This document shows positions 26,029 to 39,503 of a stretch of 64,000 bases of DNA, one piece after another. This DNA comes from Camelus dromedarius (Eukaryota). The first letter of the stretch is position 1; each line of letters opens with the position of its first letter. The translations under genes and the position numbers were made by a program. The stretch is from positions 23,934,001 to 23,998,000 of the forward strand of contig NC_087437.1 of NCBI RefSeq assembly GCF_036321535.1, given 5' to 3'. The notes under the pieces were generated by a model. The model saw only the letters and a list, made by a program, of their open reading frames with translations. It did not search any database and was not told the DNA's origin.

Positions 26029-26619
26029 GTCTAGAAATTCTAAACATTGTGTAACCAGTTTCTTAATATTCACTCAAAATCACTTCTAATAAAGCTTCCC
26101 AATGATATTATAATTAAGGAGAAATAAAGCAATAATCAGCTTGCTATTCACATGAAAACCAGCATTGCCTATTTTGTTCCACGAACAAAGGTTCATTAAC
26201 TCATTTAAAGCCAGACACTTCATTAAACAAACATGTGATCAGACACAAGCAGTCCTTTCAGAAAGTGAAAGAGAGAAACAGAGGAGAAGGTGATCTCCCA
26301 GGCTAGAGGCTATTTTTCACATTCCTTCTTAAAACCTGGTATTTGTCTATTCTTTTGGGTCTCTTTTTGTCACCCGCTTACATTTACTAAGAGGAGAGTT
26401 TTGAGAAATTCACTGAAATAACAAGCAGCCACAATCTGTCCAGTTACTGTATGAGTATTGCATTTTGATGCCTAGGCTGAGTCTAGAAGGGATGTGTAAT
26501 TTTGCCCGGGCAGGTGGAGGTGTGAACTCTGCCTATCCAGTTTCACAGAGCCTTACGTGACCTTGTCACTAAGACGACTTGAAGAAAAGAATTCCAGTTT
26601 TCTTTCCTTATATCACTAT

Positions 26620-27105
26620 CTTTATTATTATTTTTTTAGTTGAAATGTAATTGACATATAATGTCGTGCAAATTTAAGGTATACAAAATGTTGATTTGAT
26701 ACATGTATATATTGTAATCTGATTAGCACCATAGAGTTAGCTAACACCTCTGTCACGTCACACAATTATCATTTCTTTTTTTGCAGTGGGGACTATTAAG
26801 ATCTAGTCTTTTAGCAACTTTGAAGATTATAATACAGTATTGTTGACTACAATCACTATGTGGCATGTCAGCCCTCCTGGACATATTTATTTTGTACCCT
26901 TAAACAACACCTCGCCATTTTCCCTCCTCACCCCAAACTCATTACCTGGAACCACCATTGCTGCTTTCTGTTTTATGAGTTCAGCTTTTTCCAGATTCCA
27001 CATATAAGTGCTATACAGCATTTGTCTTTCTCTCTCTGGCTTATTTCTCTTAGCAGGATGCCCTCAAGTTGCATCCGTGTTGTCCCAAAAGGCAGGATTT
27101 CCAAA
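26620..27105 (-). mobile_element. L1MA/MB-like 3' end
   Basis: taattgacatataa...ccagattccacatataagtg...tggcttatttctcttagca. Confidence 0.85.
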
Positions 27106-27959
27106 ACAATTTTTCTCTTGTGTTTGTAACTAAAATGAGATTACCAAAGAAGGAGACCATAGGACATCTCACAGAAGCCCACCATGTCCTTTTTGTTTTA
27201 TTTATATTTTTTGTTTATTTATTTATGTTCTGTCCTTTTTGTTATATTTTGTTATATTTAGCCAAAAAAAAAAAAAAAAAGGCGGGAGATCACATGAGTT
27301 TTCATCTAGTTTTATTCTTGGGCTGATTTAATTCATTTATATTTGCATGCATTAACATACAAGAGAACTCATAGACTAAAACCAATTATGTTAAAGTAGA
27401 AATAAACAACGGCAAGGAAGGAATGTGACAACTGTGGTAGAATTTGGCTTCGAGTATTTGCAGATGAAGAAATTAAGGTAAGGGCGTCTGTGTTTCTGTT
27501 TCTAATTTTGCCCCTCGTTTTTTTATATTCTTTATAACCAGAAAGAATCTGAGAAATGTTACATTGGCCTTTCTAAGTTGCTTCTCAGAAGGCTAATTCA
27601 AGTAAAACAAAACAAAACAAAACAAAAAAATGAATGCTGGTGCTGCAGAGTTGTCAGGGGTCTCCAGGATTTAGGTGTTTTACCTCCTTACCCTCAGGCA
27701 TATCTTACAAATAATTTGGACAGATAAACCTAGAGGAAATGTGATTCCACAAACCACTTCTGGTAATTCGCTGTGACGCTTAATTGACCTCCCTTTCCTG
27801 GCAGAGATTTCTTAAATCTGTGTGCAGATTTATACTTGGTGCAGGAATTGAAGTGACATGAAGGAAAATCTGGAGCAATATTTCCCTCATCTGTGCCTGT
27901 GTCATTTGCAATGCTGGAGTCTTTGTCTCCTTTGTTTGAATAGAAGCTTCCTGAAGTAT

Positions 27960-28900
27960 ACATCAGTATTTGTCTTCTCAACTTCCTCTGCCCACCCACT
28001 GCCTGCCTTTCTCTGCCTAGACAAACGCAATCTGGGTTCTGCTTCATAATTCAATGGTCTATCACTGCTCTGAAATGGCTGTCTCCAAAGTAACATATGG
28101 CCTTCTGGTTTCCAAACCTAAATATGCTTTGAAATTCTTATTCATTTGACCTCTCTTGGCACTCGACTGGGTTGACAACTCCCTGTTTCAAAACACTTTC
28201 CTTCTTTGACTTATTTGATATTATTTCTTCCTGGTTTTGCGTTTATTACTCTGAGGGCATTCTTGTATTTACCTAAATTTTAATTTTGAAGTTACCTAGT
28301 CTCCATCCTTGGTCTTCTTTTTTATTTTTTCGTTCTGTACTCTCTCCTTGAACAATCTTACCCACATGCTGACTCTAATTTCTGTCAACTCCAAAATTTA
28401 TAATATTAGTCCTTACCTCTCTTCTGATCTTTAGATTTGTATAACACATTTTATTAAAATGTATAAATGATTATACATATTAATTATTCAAAAAGCTCTG
28501 ATGCTTTATAAGTTTTACATACACACCGTCACCAACCACCGACTCCATAACAAGTTGAATTGTCAACACAAAATCTCCATTACGTGCCATTCTATTGGCC
28601 AGTCATCATGCTGGACGTGGGAATTAGAATCAGATAAAATACACACGGCCCTCCAGGAGCTCTAGGTCCAGAGACGCTGAGCACCCTTGCAGGTTTACCC
28701 CGTAAGGGCTTCTTGTCCTTCCTCATCATGGCTGCTCCCATGTGGTGCCATCACTGCCTGTTTCCTCATGTTTGTCCCTCACTCATTGTGTCAAAAGGGA
28801 AGCAACCCCTTCTATCCTGTCTGTGCCTCTTTCAAACTCATTACAGTTTAGTTGACTTAAATGAGCAGATTTTTTCCAAGTGCAATATACCCACCTAAAT
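27960..28900 (+). mobile_element. L2 LINE fragments
   Basis: tttgacctctcttggcactcgac, ctccatccttggtcttc, gactctaatttctg..ctccaaaatttata resemble L2. Confidence 0.55.
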
Positions 28901-31109
28901 ATTATACATATTTGATGTACAAAGAAAATTCTTGTTTTTTCCCCTGAGTTTCATTTTCATACTTGTGTAATTATTTTTCTTGCATGTCAAGGACATTCCT
29001 TTTAGTCTTTCAAAGCAGGTATTCAAAATTTCTGAACACAGTGGAAGGGCTCATGTAAAATGCAGTGACTTTTGCTAAATGTATAGCCTAGAGGACCACA
29101 GCAATATACTTACAGAAAGATAGCCTCAGATGTGCGAGAATTACCAGCTTAAGCATCTGGGATTGATTGGTACCATTCCAACTACCATATGAAAGAAGTG
29201 ACCATTTTACTGAATCTTTTTATTTAGAAATTCCATGTATTTTTATTGGGCCTATTATTTTAATGAAAAAACGTATTCATTGATACTAGTCTGCACATCA
29301 CAGTGGATATCTTGATTGTAATTTCTGAGATCTTTACTTGCATTAGGGTGAGGGTCTTCTGCAGAGTCTTTGGTATTGCATATAAATGTTGGTATATGTA
29401 CACAAGTTACTTTTATTGGGTAGGCTCTTGGAGCTTTTATCAGATTCTCAGAGGGGTCTGTTTTCCTCAAAATGTTTAGAGCCATGATGATAATAAATGT
29501 GTTGCTCTGGATTTTATCAAACAATTACTAGTGAGGAACAATGTTTCAGAGAAATTGTCAAATGAATCCCTTCAGCAAAAAAAAAAAAAAAAATCTTTTT
29601 GTTTTTGAAATTTACACTACACAGAAATGCAAGCTCTCTTGATGCTGACCCTACAAGGGCATTTCTATTTGTATCTGAATAGATTCATTTCTAAATTTGG
29701 AGAGTAGCCCATGTTCCATTACCATGCAGCCCACAACATGCTTGAGATTGCTAATTAGGGTGCAAATTGCGGTGGTATTTCTGGTGACCTGGACATGTGT
29801 TCAATAGAAATAGAAATGAGCCCCTCAACTCATTTCACATAGGCCAGAAAACATCTGCCAGATGGTTATAGCTTTCAGTAACTATTAAACTGGATCACAT
29901 TTGAACAAATGACTTAGATATATAGCATTTGAAAGCTTATTCTGAAATTTCTAACATATCCATGGAGATTAGTCTTAATGAAAAACTACATTAATCTTCC
30001 TCACGCATTGTGATTAGCCTAAAATGGATAATTTCTTCTCACTTTTGCCAAAGTCAAGCTAAGAATGCCTTTACCCACTTCTTACAATGCTAACAAATCA
30101 TCTGGGAGATTGATAGATATCAGGGTACCTACTAGAACTTCAAAATTAATTTCAATTCTCTGAAGTATCTTATTTTAACTAACAAACCATGATCCTGCTT
30201 TATTAATTAGCATGCTGAAGGAATAAGTTTGAGATGAATGAATTCTAACAAAACATTTATCTTCTAAAAAATTAAAAATAAAATGAACAAACTCAGTCTA
30301 ATTTGTTTTATAATCTTAATAATACTCAGGAAATTCCATCCAGAAGAGTAATATAATGAATATTCATTATTTTTAATTTAAAGCTTTATTTTGGATGTGT
30401 ATATTTTTTCAAAGCCTCATGGTTAGTGGTACCATACTTCTAAGGTTGCATCTTTTAAAGATTATTAATGTGGCTACAAATTCATTTAGTATTTTATACT
30501 ATTAAACTTTCTGTTGAGTATAAACTGCATATTTATCTCACTTCCAAAGTTTCTCTCGCCACCTTATGAAAATCTGTTATGCCACAGGGTAGGACCAGGA
30601 AGAAAAGCCTGTAGGATCTGTAAATAATTTCCTGTTCTGCCCAAACATGATTTCTGCATAGCCATATATTTTACTCTAGATTGCTGCTACTGGTATATTC
30701 TCATATTTTGAAGCTTATCTTAAATACAGCTAGAACATTTTAGGCAACAATATAATTTATAGATGAGATTAATAGTGCATCTGATATCCTTAAGAGTGCT
30801 ACTATAATGTAGCATGTTGAACAATTTCAAATAATTTTGTCTAGTGTCAAGCCACAAATGATGGCTTCGGGCAGTATAAGATTAAGGGAACTGGGCTGTG
30901 AAAATCTTAATGGCATCATTTGAAGCTCCTCCTAGAACTTTTCCACTCACGTAGCTGTTTTGCTGCAAACATGTTTGTATTTGAAGGTACCACAGAATTG
31001 TTCTCAAATAGAACCCCGGAAAATGGAGTATATTTAATTAATATCAAAATACAAGGGAAAACAATCAAGGCATTGTGTATGGTTTCTAGTTTCTAGTTAT
31101 GGAATCTCC

Positions 31110-32290
31110 CATACTGATAACCTACACTGTAAAGAGTCAGGAATGAAATATTTTAGGCTTTGTGGTCTAAGAGGCAAAACTGGGACTATTATAGAGGTCA
31201 TTATATAACAAATGAGGAAACAGGAGTCCACAAATCTTATTGATGAAATTCAAAACGTAATAATGGAAGACATTTTTTGGATAATACAAGTATATTAGTT
31301 AGAATAATGGAATTTTCCTTTGGGAATCATATTTCATTTATTGGGTTCAAAGTGAGTATTTCCTATCATCAAAGTCAGCTTCAAGTGTTCATCTATCAAT
31401 GCTGACCTGTAATGAGATTTTATGTGTTTCATCTTTGAAAATGTCTTTTCACAGAGATGGGTTCTGCCAAATACTGATATTAACCCCTGAGCATATGAAA
31501 GGCACTTATAGAATTCCGTTAGATCCTTCTCTAGATATTTGCCTTTTGGAATGTCATTACATTTCAGATGGTTCACTTCCAATTAAAGGTTGGGTGGAAA
31601 CTCCTCACTTTTACAGTTAACTGAATTTTGAAATATGGAAATTTCCTTAGAACCTGGAACTACTGGAACTTAGGTTGAGCTTAAAAGTGTATCTTCTTCA
31701 GGAATATGTGGTAATGGAGGTGTTCCTTTTTATCTTAACTTTTGACAACCTAGGAAGTGTATAAAACAACTTGACATTATTTATGATTCAAACAATATTA
31801 GTTGCCATCGAAATGACACTCCTGCAGTGCAAGTTTTGCATATAAGTACTGATATCAGTACTTATAATTTTGCCTTGTAATTTTGGGTCAAATTAATTAA
31901 GAAACATTATCAAGTCTACTGCAAAATGTAGTCTCCAAATTCATTCAGTGTTCAAACATAGTGGTTGAGGGCAGTTCTTCTTGATCACAAAAGTTTTAAT
32001 TTTGGCTCTGACCTCAAGAAAATTGCAATAAAATCTCACTGTTGAGCTATAGAACTACTGTGAGGTAGACTACACAGCTTCTCTTTCTGACACACATTCG
32101 CAGGTTTAATGACGATTACATCCAAGAGAGCTAATGAAGGTCACTGCTGACACTATTGGTAATGGCTTACTTAATAGAACGTCTTTTATTCTTTCTGTAC
32201 TTACTAACGATGACTCTGTGTTAGTTTGGGTCCTCAAAGAGGCAGACAGCAAAATGGCGTAGGTGTGCAAGAAATATATTGAAGGACACA
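31110..32290 (-). mobile_element. Decayed hAT-Charlie (Cheshire/MER58-like) transposon with transposase remnant
   Basis: Minus-strand FGRTHLCEKTFSKMK...RSALIDEHL (hAT C-terminal dimerisation-like) and WRLHFAVDLIMFLN*FDPKLQGK, with stops; MER58-like terminus ctgtaaagagtcag...aaatattttaggctttgtgg. Confidence 0.85.
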
Positions 32291-32294
32291 TCTG

Positions 32295-32880
32295 CGAGGA
32301 ACAAATGGGTTGGGGCTGGCGGAGGTGGGGAAAGCCTTCAGATTCTAGTGTAGTTTGGACTCCTGTGGAGAGAAAGAAGGAAGGAGAGAGTTTGAAGAAA
32401 GTTTCAGCTAAGCTGGTGGGGAGTACCTGAGCTGAACCCCCATCAGAGGAGTCCCTTCTGTGTCTAGTCTTTTGTGGGAAGCAGCTCGTGCGAAGTGTGA
32501 CCTCAGCACAGTCATGTTGGTGGATTTCGAATGCAACACCTTGGGCCACCGGTCAATTCCACTTCGTTCAGCAAGAGATTGACTAGTCCATTTTCATGGC
32601 TGCCACAGGCCACCACTTGCTCCGCACAGATTTCCTTCTCCACACGAATTTGGGGAGGACCCTCTCCATGGTTCCCATGGTCCTGCCTTCCTGAGGGGAA
32701 AAGTGAAAGAGAGAAATTTATGGGATGAACTACAGTCTCAGTCACTGCAGTTGATCCCATTGGTGCTCATCCTTTTCCTCCTACAAAATCCATCCCAAAT
32801 CTCCCTGGCCCTCCGGTCTCACCTCAGCATATCTTGATTACTTACTTGGTGGTGAGTATTCCTGAGGGTCTGAATGCTTG
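32295..32880. mobile_element. Old LTR-type element (ERVL/MaLR-like)
   Basis: GC-richer block interrupting the hAT remnant; family not resolved. Confidence 0.45.
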
Positions 32881-33711
32881 ATGATCTGTAGGTTGTTCTT
32901 TAAGCCACTTAAATAAAAACAACAACAACAACAACAACAAAAGAACCCGAGTCTTTGCCTGGAAACACTACATATTCTTTAAAATATGTAAATATGTTTA
33001 TGAAATTCAGTATTTGGTTAATTGATAGAAAGTCTGGCTCTTACTAAGTGAGACAGAGAACTTGTATTGATAATTTACTGTTGGCTGCTGCCACGCGAAT
33101 CCATCCAACTGCACAATGAAAAGGACTATAATAAAGTCTAAAAAGACCTTCTGGGGGAAAAAGCAATATCTCTCTTTAACTACATCAGACATAACTTCAT
33201 TATGAGCGCTACTGTGTCATACCACAGGAGAGCTAATGACATGGCGTTGAAAAAGCTTTACAGATTCTGAAAAACTAAATGACCTTCAAGACTCTCTGTC
33301 ATTGACCACAAAGCTATTTCTGATTTCAGTCTTGGAGTCCATCTAGAAATTACTCTGCATGTTTTAAATTTATAATCTGTATGGGATTTTTTTATATATT
33401 CTGAAATGTTAAATAAATACATGTACTGGGACCATGTAATATAAAGTTAAAATCTGAATCTTGGAAACCTATTTTGAAGTATCTTGCAGACTCTAGTTGG
33501 CTATATCTACCTGCTGTCTTGGAAGTTATTTCAAATTGGAGGCTTCAGAGGAAGCAAAGGACATACTCCATAAATAGAAATGATCTTCCTAACAGAGAGC
33601 TACCTTTGCAATTCATGTTGTAGTCACCCTCCTGAGCTGGCCTTCTTCACTTCACATGGTCTTAGACCAAACAAATGGCTTATCATGTCAGTCCTCTGCT
33701 TGAGACTTTTC

Positions 33712-33773
33712 TTTTTTTTTTTTAACATTTTTTTTTTATTGAGTTACAGTCATTTTACAATGTTGTGTCAATT
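33712..33773 (-). mobile_element. 62-bp extreme 3' end of a young L1
   Basis: Perfect 17-bp TSD tctgcttgagacttttc (33695-33711, 33774-33790); body nearly identical to the terminus at 60244-60300. Confidence 0.92.
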
Positions 33774-34439
33774 TCTGCTTGAGACTTTTCAATGATTGTG
33801 ACTGTCCTGAGAATAAAGACTGAAATTCTTACTATGGCCTTCAAAGCTTTACCAATTCTGTTTCTTGCCTAGTTCCCAGACTCATCTCCCTCCCTTCTCT
33901 GAGTATTATTTAAAGTCCGGCTACAATTTGTAATGGTAAAAAACAAAACAAAAAAGCTGTAAATATCCAAATATCTATTAATCTATTTAACTAGAAAGGA
34001 TAATTAAGGTAACAGTTAAATTATTGGGAAAGCACGTGTATACAAATATAAATACAGACTATGTGTGGAGAGTAGAATTAAATATATATACCACTTTGAA
34101 AGTTATATGTTTTCTTCATGTCTATTCATCAAATTGGGTACATATTTTATCTATATCTTATAAAAGGATATTCTCAGGCATTGAAGGCAACTTTTTCTTG
34201 AGGAGAAAATCCTTCAAAGGAAAATCCTTTTCTAAATGAAAATATATTAAAAGATATTGACTCAGAATTGAGATAGTAAATATCAGGTATGAATGGTAGG
34301 TAATTTAAGCTGGATGGTGTATTTATTCAGTGGGGGACTCAAGATTGCTGTCAACTTTCAAACCTCTGTACATCTGTCACACACAGTGTAGCTGCCGTGC
34401 AGTTTATCAAATCGTCTAAATCCAAGAGTCAAGCTTGAG

Positions 34440-34890
34440 AGGTCCAAGGCAATCACGGAAATTCTCTTCCTCTTCTCAGTGTTCGGGAACTCAGGCAGAA
34501 GCCAGGCAAGTCATTGCCTTCCCCCGGGGACAGTGATTGGTTTAGGATGGCATGTAACCTAAGTGGCCTGATTAGTCCAATAGAATGGAAATTTTTTGTG
34601 CTGTTGGGGCAGAGGTGCTTTCTTCCTGTTGATCTGTCATGAACAAAGAAACGTGGCTTTGATTGGTCCTGAGGACCACCTTAAAACCAGGAGGTTGGAA
34701 GCTATTTTAGCTTTAAGCTGTTGAGGGCAGAATGGAGAGAGACCAAGAGAGTAGGTCTTTAGTGACACAATAGAACAGATAGATTTTTCAACCCTGGACT
34801 GCCTGTTGTGCAGGCCGATACATATCCTGTCTGTTTGGGCCACTATGAGTTGGCTTCCGTGGAATGTGTGGCCTAGTTATCCTAACACAT
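34440..34890 (+). mobile_element. MaLR (MLT1-like) LTR
   Basis: cagtgattggtttaggatggcatgtaacctaa...ctttagtgacac...accctggact...tcctaacaca. Confidence 0.65.
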
Positions 34891-37800
34891 CTGTATGTAG
34901 GTAACAGAATGTTCTCTAATAGCCGCCACAGAACAGTGAGCTAATATTCATTATGCTAAAATAACTTTTAAAAATTTGTTTATTTATTTTTGTTTTTCCT
35001 GTATGATACACTGAAAAGAACAATAAATATACATAATTTTTAAATTAAGGGGCACTTTCATAATAGAGCCACCTAGTGGTGAGAACATATGCTATAGAGA
35101 CAAAATTATTACGTTATCTTGAGGTTTCAGAGGAATTTTATGAAATAACATTTAAGAGGTAAGTGATAAATTTATTCTTGTAAGATATAAATAGTATAAA
35201 ATGAAAATTATAATTTGTTTAATTATAATTATTTGGAAACACATATATACTACTCAAAGTGATGAGAACCCCAGTGTTTATACGTGTGTGCTTCTTACCG
35301 CCAATGAACAAAATTTCCCTGAACAGATCTTTTAATTTTTCCCCCTACAACAGGTAAGCAGCACAAAACTTAACCTTTGCTTCTTTACATATTATTTGTC
35401 TTGCTTGTAGATTAAGATTATTGATATTTCCACAGATCGCTGATCTATGGAACAGGCTGGCCAAGCTTCCTAACATTTTTGGTTGCCTATGATTTAAAAG
35501 TAAATTACTGATAATACAAATTTTCCTCAAGACATGAGTTTATTTTTAGGAATATGTTGTCACATTAGTGGCAACCAGAAAATATACCATTATTTCACAA
35601 ACATGTGTAATGGTCCTCTATTATGTTTGAATCACTATACTGTATTTGCCCCATCAGTTTCTCTGGGAGTACTGGTTTTGGGATCTGAGTACTAGTAGGG
35701 TAAGAGTACAAAAACTTTTATGAATAATTCAGTATGTTTTCTTTCATCTTTGCTCTGTCATTTCAAACATATGTGTGGATTTAATAAATACATAGCTATG
35801 CATATATATATTTAATTGACTGTGATGTTCACATAGCCTAGGTTACTTATTATGTCAAATCATAACTATTTTATGTCTAATTATTTCCTTGGAATGCATT
35901 ACTAACATCCCTTTGAGCCATTATTAACATGTTATGCAAATTGTAACTTAGTCTCAATTACGTATTTTTTTACACCCATTGTTTTATAACTCATGTTTGA
36001 ATGATAGGAGTTTTAAGCCAAAATGTTGTCATTGGTCAGTTTTTGGAATGTGGTGGTTGGACTGTTCTTCCAATAGCAGTGCTGAGTTTACAAAAAGATG
36101 TTGCTGTTTTTCCTGTCTGGCTCTTCCTGATGACTCAGGGTCCCCATCTGTGAGAGGGCTGGAGCCCTACTCTCTGACCATAGAATAATACAAGGATGCT
36201 AGCTGATTTCTAGGAGCATTGCGTCTTTGATCTGGTCTACATGTTAATGAACAGAGAAGTTATCAGCCATTATCATCTTACAGATGTGCATGAATGACTA
36301 GTACACATATCAGGAGACTTCAGAAACTGGGTTAACTTCCACTGTATACAGAAATGTGACCTGAAGGTATCTACTTGGTAGAAGAGTGTATCACTTGCTT
36401 TTATCTTTATCATAATTGTTTAATCAAATATTACTTCTTGGTTCTTTTAAATGTTGTAGATCTAACTGTTTAATTGTCAGTAGTAAAGACAATTGAAGAT
36501 TATCTTAGAAAACCACTTTGGGCCCAGCTGTCAGGAGAACTGGAATGCCTTATTCCCCCACTCTAGCTGTTTCCACTGAAGCATAATCAGGTTTCCTCCA
36601 GTTCCAGGGTTGTTTGCAGTTTGGATGCCAGGAACAGCTGTAGAGTCCAGAAGGATTCTGTAGGATTTTCCCACCAGGGAGGGGTTGCGGGAGGAGCTGA
36701 GCTGAGGCATAGATTAAGAATAGGTTGCAAAGACAGCCCTACTCTATGACAGTCTTCAATAATACCTAACTGTTCCAAGGGGAAAAAGCAACAAATCCCT
36801 CACACATTGGAATTTAAATTTAACGAAGTGTTTTAAAAGGTAGAAATAAAGTATGCATTGCGTGTAAACCAAATTATATGTGAGAGTGATATACTTGACC
36901 ACAAAATAAAATGAGTATCTACATACTTGTAAGATTTTAGGTAATATTTACTTTATTATAGAGCAACTGAAGTAGTACTATGAAAGTAGTAAAGTACTAT
37001 AGGAAAGGAAGCCTTTACTTACTCCCTATCTTAAGTTCTTTCTTTAAATCCAGGGGCTTTCCAGTGTCAAATGGTGGTGTATTTGCATTTATGTGGTGAA
37101 ATGTTGCCATCATGTGGCCAGTCCATCTATCACATCTTCCTCTTTCCTCTGGGACAGCTGGTATTTGGGACTATTTTCATGTGATGCTTAAGTATTTGGG
37201 GGCGGGTATAGTGTCTGTTGGGTCATTATGTTAATGAAATGAATATATAAGCATATTAATTTAATACAGACATGAAAATAAGCTTACTGTTATTGTCACA
37301 CAATTGTATTTTAATTTGTAGCTTCTGGAGCTCTTAGAATTTCCCTTCTTGGAGGCAGATTATACAAGGTACAAAGCTTAAGCTATCTGGAAATGCTCTT
37401 TTAAAAGCCCAGGAGATTTATTTATTTTTTAATGTTTGTAGCTGCTCTGAAAGTCACCACAAGTTACCCTAATGTCCATTTATTTGTATATACTTTGGGA
37501 ACTATTCCTAATGCATTTCCCATTTTAAACAATAGGGGGCATTATGATGTCACGTTTTTGGTTTTCTCTAGGAAGGCAAGTATTTTATTTTATAGTAAAA
37601 ACCCTAAATTTTCTTCTGATAAGAACATTTCCCTAAAGTCAAAAGCATATTTGTTTTATTACAACAGTACTAGCAGTGAGTTTGAGCCTCACCTTATATC
37701 CTTGGTGGATCTAATTTCTTAAGAGAAAATACTCATCAGTTTTTCACTATTTCAATATATTCACACATTCCTAAATTGGTACAAAAATTCAAACCAATTT

Positions 37801-38730
37801 ATATTTAATCCAGATATAATAATTTTAAAACATAACTTGGCTTGCTTCCTCATTAAGCTGAGAAACATTGCCATTTTCAAGTGTTTTTCAATCCTTTTCA
37901 TTATGTATTACCGTGAGTACAAATTTTTTAATGTTAAACTTAATTTATGGTTAAAAATCATGAAACTATGTTCATATTATTATAAAAATGGGAATCCCAG
38001 ACAACTGGCATGTAAATTGTTAAAACAAAAAATATTTTGAAAGTTAATTGATTTTCTGAATTTGTTTGAGGAGTTTTCAATGTATGGCATTTGCGTATTT
38101 TATCTTTTCAAGGTTTACATGGGATTTAAGTTTCAGACCAAATATAGAGTAAAATAGGAGTTAGTAGATTAAATGTGAATGTTCAAAATTTGGAAGTTTT
38201 GGCAGGAAGAACATATATTTTTCAATGGAAGCCTCTTTTTCTTGTTTCTTTAAGCAGATATAGGGAGTCTGAGGATAAGAGAACTTCCAGAACCATGACT
38301 TCTGTCTTCACCCAAAATATGGAAACAGTTTGTTATAACAAACATTATAACATTTGGCTCCCTAGAACATTTTACCCCTTGCAAAGGATACCTGCTCCTA
38401 GAAGGATAAGTCAACATGTTCCAGGACAGTAATGAAAACTCTCAGGCTGGGGGAGAACTTTGATACAGAAATAAAGTAGCAAGTTAGGTGTAGGAAAAAT
38501 CGGGACTGGTTCATAAAGGGATGTAAATTATAGTCCACATTGTTTAACTTTTTAGTCATATTGTTGGTCTGCTTATTGATAGGATAAGAATTTGGAGAGA
38601 GATAAGAATTTCTGGAGTTTCCAGAAAACAAGGAAACCAATCAGGAAGCTACAGTATGTGTCTGTGGTTTTGCATATACATAGCATTCATTCTGATAACA
38701 TGACACTTCAAGTGACCTCTAGATTCCAGA

Positions 38731-39082
38731 CCTATGCTGCCCAACATGATGGCCACTAGCCACACAAGGTATCGAGCATTCAAAATGAGGGTTGTGTAGT
38801 TTTTTTAATTGATTGAGCTATGTTGGAAGTGTTAAATATGCACTAGATTTCGAAAATTTGCTCTAAATTAAAAAAACCCAAAATATTTTCTGAATAATTT
38901 TTGCTTGGGTAATATGCTAAAATGAATATTTTGGATCTATTGGGTTCAATAAAATATAACATATCTTATAATTAATATACTAGTGCCAGCTATTTCCTTT
39001 TACTTTTTAAAATGTGGCCACTAGGACATTTAAAATTACATGGGTAGCTCACAATATGTTTCTTTCTCTTAAGACAGTGCTG
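38731..39082 (-). mobile_element. MER33-like hAT MITE
   Basis: tgctgcccaaca..ggccactagccaca...aaatgtggccactaggacatttaaaattacatg...gacagtgctg. Confidence 0.8.
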
Positions 39083-39094
39083 CTCTAGAAAGAA

Positions 39095-39503
39095 TCATCT
39101 CTTTTTCATTCCGAGCCCACGTGGTTTTGATGTGCTCTGTTCCGTTCCAACCCTAGAGGTGGGAGTGATTCAGGCCTGGCCAATCAGAACAGTGTCTTGG
39201 CTTTTTAGAGAAGAATGACCCAATTTCAACCAAAGAGAGTGAGGCACATCTCTTTTTTGATGGATTTGAAGCTGCAGGCTAGAAGCTGAGAACTGGTAGC
39301 AGCTAATATGAGCACTTTAAAGACACTGCCAGGCTTAAAATGAAGCCAACACAACTGTAGAGTCCAGAAGTAGAGAGGGAGGGACTCCTAATACCAGACC
39401 CTTTTCTGGACTTTTTTGTTTTTTAAGCAGTAGGACTCTTTTTGGCTCAAGCCTGTTTTGGTTCAGATTTTCTGTTATTTTTAAAACAAAAATTTCTTTA
39501 TAG
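39095..39503 (+). mobile_element. MaLR (MLT1-like) LTR
   Basis: caggcctggccaatcagaa...gaatgacccaa...tttggctcaagcctgttttggttcagattttctgtta. Confidence 0.7.

Noticed and set aside
32106..32760. 147-aa and neighbouring ORFs beside the hAT remnant
   Set aside because: Cross a repeat junction; no recognisable protein.
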